From an uncultured Patescibacteria group bacterium (GTDB lineage Bacteria; Patescibacteriota; Patescibacteriia; Veblenbacterales; UBA10138): a stretch of DNA of 38,680 nt. How positions within the stretch are numbered: the stretch's first letter is position 1; each line of letters begins with the position of its first letter. Shown here one piece after another: positions 37,398 through 38,680 of the stretch. The notes under the pieces were generated by a model. That model was not told where the DNA came from, made no database searches, and worked only from the letters and a program-made list of their open reading frames with translations. The stretch spans positions 1 through 38,680 of the forward strand of contig CALFUV010000018.1 in the NCBI GenBank assembly GCA_937929825.1, given 5' to 3'. The translations under genes and the position numbers were made by a program.

Positions 37398-38087
37398 TCA
37401 ACTTAAAGTATAGCGGCCGCGTGCTTGATCAGAAACTACTCGCCCACCATCCAACACTACTACGCGGCGTTTAAGCTCATTAACTACCTCTTTATTATGA
37501 GTTACCAAGATAACCGTAGTGCCAAATTCATTTATTTTTTTAAGCAATTCAATAATTTCTTTGGTGTTAATAGAATCAAGATTACCAGTAGGTTCATCAG
37601 CCACTAAAATTTCCGGACGGTGCGCTAATGCCCGGGCAATTACTACTCTTTGTTGTTCACCGCCAGATAATTGACGGGGAAAACGATCAGCTTTATGTTC
37701 AAGACCCACGATTTTTAAAAGTTGGGGTACAATTTCATTAATGCGTTTGTTAGAAACACCAGCCACTTCTAAAGCAAAAGAAACATTTTCCCGCACAGTA
37801 CGCCGGAGTAATAATTTAAAATCCTGAAAAACAACACCTATTTGCCGGCGAATAATTGGAATATCTGAATCTTTGGCACGAGTTATATCCCAGTTATCCA
37901 GTAAAATACGTCCTTCTGTGGGTTTTTCTTCAGCTATCAACATTTTAACCAAAGTTGTTTTACCAGTACCAGATTGACCAACAATAGAAACAAACTCCCC
38001 TTTTTCAATATTAAGGGTAACTTTATCCAAAGCAATTACCTGTCCGGGATAATGTTTTGATATGTTACGGAACTCTATTAACGGCAT
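37398..38087 (-). CDS. ftsE: Cell division ATP-binding protein FtsE
   Basis: Walker [14 protein letters not shown] signature [15 protein letters not shown], Walker [13 protein letters not shown]. 229 aa. Confidence 0.85.
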   Translation of the reverse strand: MPLIEFRNISKHYPGQVIALDKVTLNIEKGEFVSIVGQSGTGKTTLVKMLIAEEKPTEGRILLDNWDITRAKDSDIPIIRRQIGVVFQDFKLLLRRTVRENVSFALEVAGVSNKRINEIVPQLLKIVGLEHKADRFPRQLSGGEQQRVVIARALAHRPEILVADEPTGNLDSINTKEIIELLKKINEFGTTVILVTHNKEVVNELKRRVVVLDGGRVVSDQARGRYTLS

Positions 38088-38149
38088 AAATAGCCATTAT
38101 ACTATATCATATTTTTTAGTTTATCACCAGATTATTAATATTTCTGCCT

Positions 38150-38178
38150 TGATAAGAAAGTCTTTTTTAGTTATAATT
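38150..38178 (+). promoter_or_regulatory. Promoter TTGATA-N17-TATAAT, about 13 nt upstream of tRNA-Gly
   Basis: -35 at 38150-38155 and perfect -10 at 38173-38178 with 17-nt spacer. The predicted start lies 6-7 nt before the mature tRNA 5' end. Confidence 0.55.
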
Positions 38179-38191
38179 CGACTGCTTAAAG

Positions 38192-38265
38192 CGGGATTAG
38201 TACAATGGCAGTATGCAAGCTTCCCAAGCTTGAGACGCGGGTTCGATTCCCGTATCCCGCTCCAG
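38192..38265 (+). tRNA. tRNA-Gly (anticodon CCC) with encoded 3' CCA
   Basis: Hand-folded cloverleaf. Acceptor GCGGGAU/AUCCCGC, D-arm GUAC-AAUGGCA-GUAU, anticodon arm CAAGC-UUCCCAA-GCUUG, T-arm GCGGG-UUCGAUU-CCCGU, discriminator U, then CCA. Confidence 0.85.
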
Positions 38266-38299
38266 TATTTCACTTTTCGATTTTTGACCGACGAATTGG

Positions 38300-38680
38300 T
38301 TGGCGGCACGAAGGGCCGCCCATTGATTTTGTGACTCGCCACGCACCTCGCGGCTCGCCAAAAAGAAGTTCGAGCCAAAGATTTCTTTGGCTATGACCTT
38401 TTTTGCAAAAAGGTCATTATCCCTTGTGGTTTTCTCAAGATTTGAAGCGACTTTTATCCATTCTGCCATTGGTTCGAGCCTACCGTTCTGCTTTTGTTCA
38501 ATTTGGGTTTTTTTGTTCCTCCAGCGACTTCTTTTCGGAAAGGAGTTTTGCCTTTTCTTCGCGATAAATTTCGCGGTCTATATCTTGATCCAAATAACCA
38601 TCTAAAAGTCTGGAGTTTAGTAGCGATTGCTTTGATTTTGTTCTCAGCTTCTTGAACAAAAACAGAAACGGATTGGGCGG
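38300..38680 (-). pseudogene. Frameshifted C-terminal fragment of a coiled-coil recombinase-like protein, most likely a large serine recombinase/integrase remnant. It runs off the window edge
   Basis: Minus-strand translation gives …QEAENKIKAIATKLQ | LLDGYLDQDIDREIYREEKAKLLSEKKSLEEQKN | QIEQKQNGRLEPMAEWIKVASNLEKTTRDNDLFAKKVIAKEIF… across three frames. The shifts occur at the A7 and T4 runs. The pattern resembles the C-terminal coiled-coil of large serine recombinases. Local GC is clearly higher than the rest of the window. Confidence 0.3.

Noticed and set aside
1464-37607. Short antisense or overlapping ORFs listed in the track (1464-1685 -, 11999-12250 -, 18857-19075 +, 23803-23994 -, 24818-25006 -, 26931-27122 +, 28349-28555 -, 29387-29704 +, 30488-30718 +, 31347-31601 +, 31974-32183 +, 36202-36387 +, 37425-37607 +, 38387-38605 +)
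   Set aside because: Each lies entirely inside a longer, motif-supported gene on the other strand or in another frame. Such ORFs are expected by chance on the antisense of AT-rich genes. No independent signals.
38062-38469. Four overlapping ORFs (38062-38334 +, 38124-38378 -, 38197-38469 -, 38205-38396 +)
   Set aside because: All run through the tRNA-Gly gene and its promoter, with incompatible overlapping frames. They are artefacts of an ORF-poor tRNA/intergenic region. Only the distal part of the 38197-38469 frame (beyond 38300) is reused in the recombinase-remnant interpretation.
1-38680. CRISPR arrays, IS elements and other dispersed repeats
   Set aside because: I looked for regularly spaced direct repeats and terminal inverted repeats with transposase ORFs and found none. 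The only tandem repeat noticed (gagtctac x2 at about 13780-13796) is too short to matter.

Overview
This is a 38.7 kb, gene-dense, AT-rich window; GC looks to be in the mid/upper 30 % range by eye, with local exceptions. The gene content and style (short intergenic gaps, many 4-14 nt gene overlaps, small housekeeping proteins) look like a reduced-genome bacterium of the CPR/Patescibacteria type. That lineage call is inference. Most of the window is core machinery. This includes four aminoacyl-tRNA synthetases (proS, lysS, serS, gltX), the rod-shape cluster mreB-mreC-mreD-PBP2, greA, rdgB, ddl-ftsQ, a XerC/D-type tyrosine recombinase, def-fmt, ftsE-ftsX and two tRNAs (Gln-UUG, Gly-CCC). A long co-directional minus-strand block (26.8-35.6 kb) runs: beta-CASP RNase, SLT-like protein, two membrane proteins, lipoprotein cyclophilin, a form III-like RuBisCO large subunit, a small membrane protein, and a cellulose-synthase-like GT2. 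Items that deserve a second look are:
- The RuBisCO sits in a non-canonical neighbourhood, with no AMP-phosphorylase or R15P-isomerase gene in view.
- A 2H-phosphoesterase (LigT) fused to a Nudix domain lies upstream of gltX.
- A PriA homologue has lost Walker A and B.
- mreD is split by a frameshift in an A6 run.
- tRNA-Gln is enclosed by a perfect 19-bp extended helix.
- A GC-rich segment after tRNA-Gly carries a frameshifted serine-recombinase-like C-terminal remnant, suggesting an integrated-element scar.
- A roughly 1 kb GC-rich two-gene block sits between lysS and rdgB.
No CRISPR array, IS element or intact integrase was seen.
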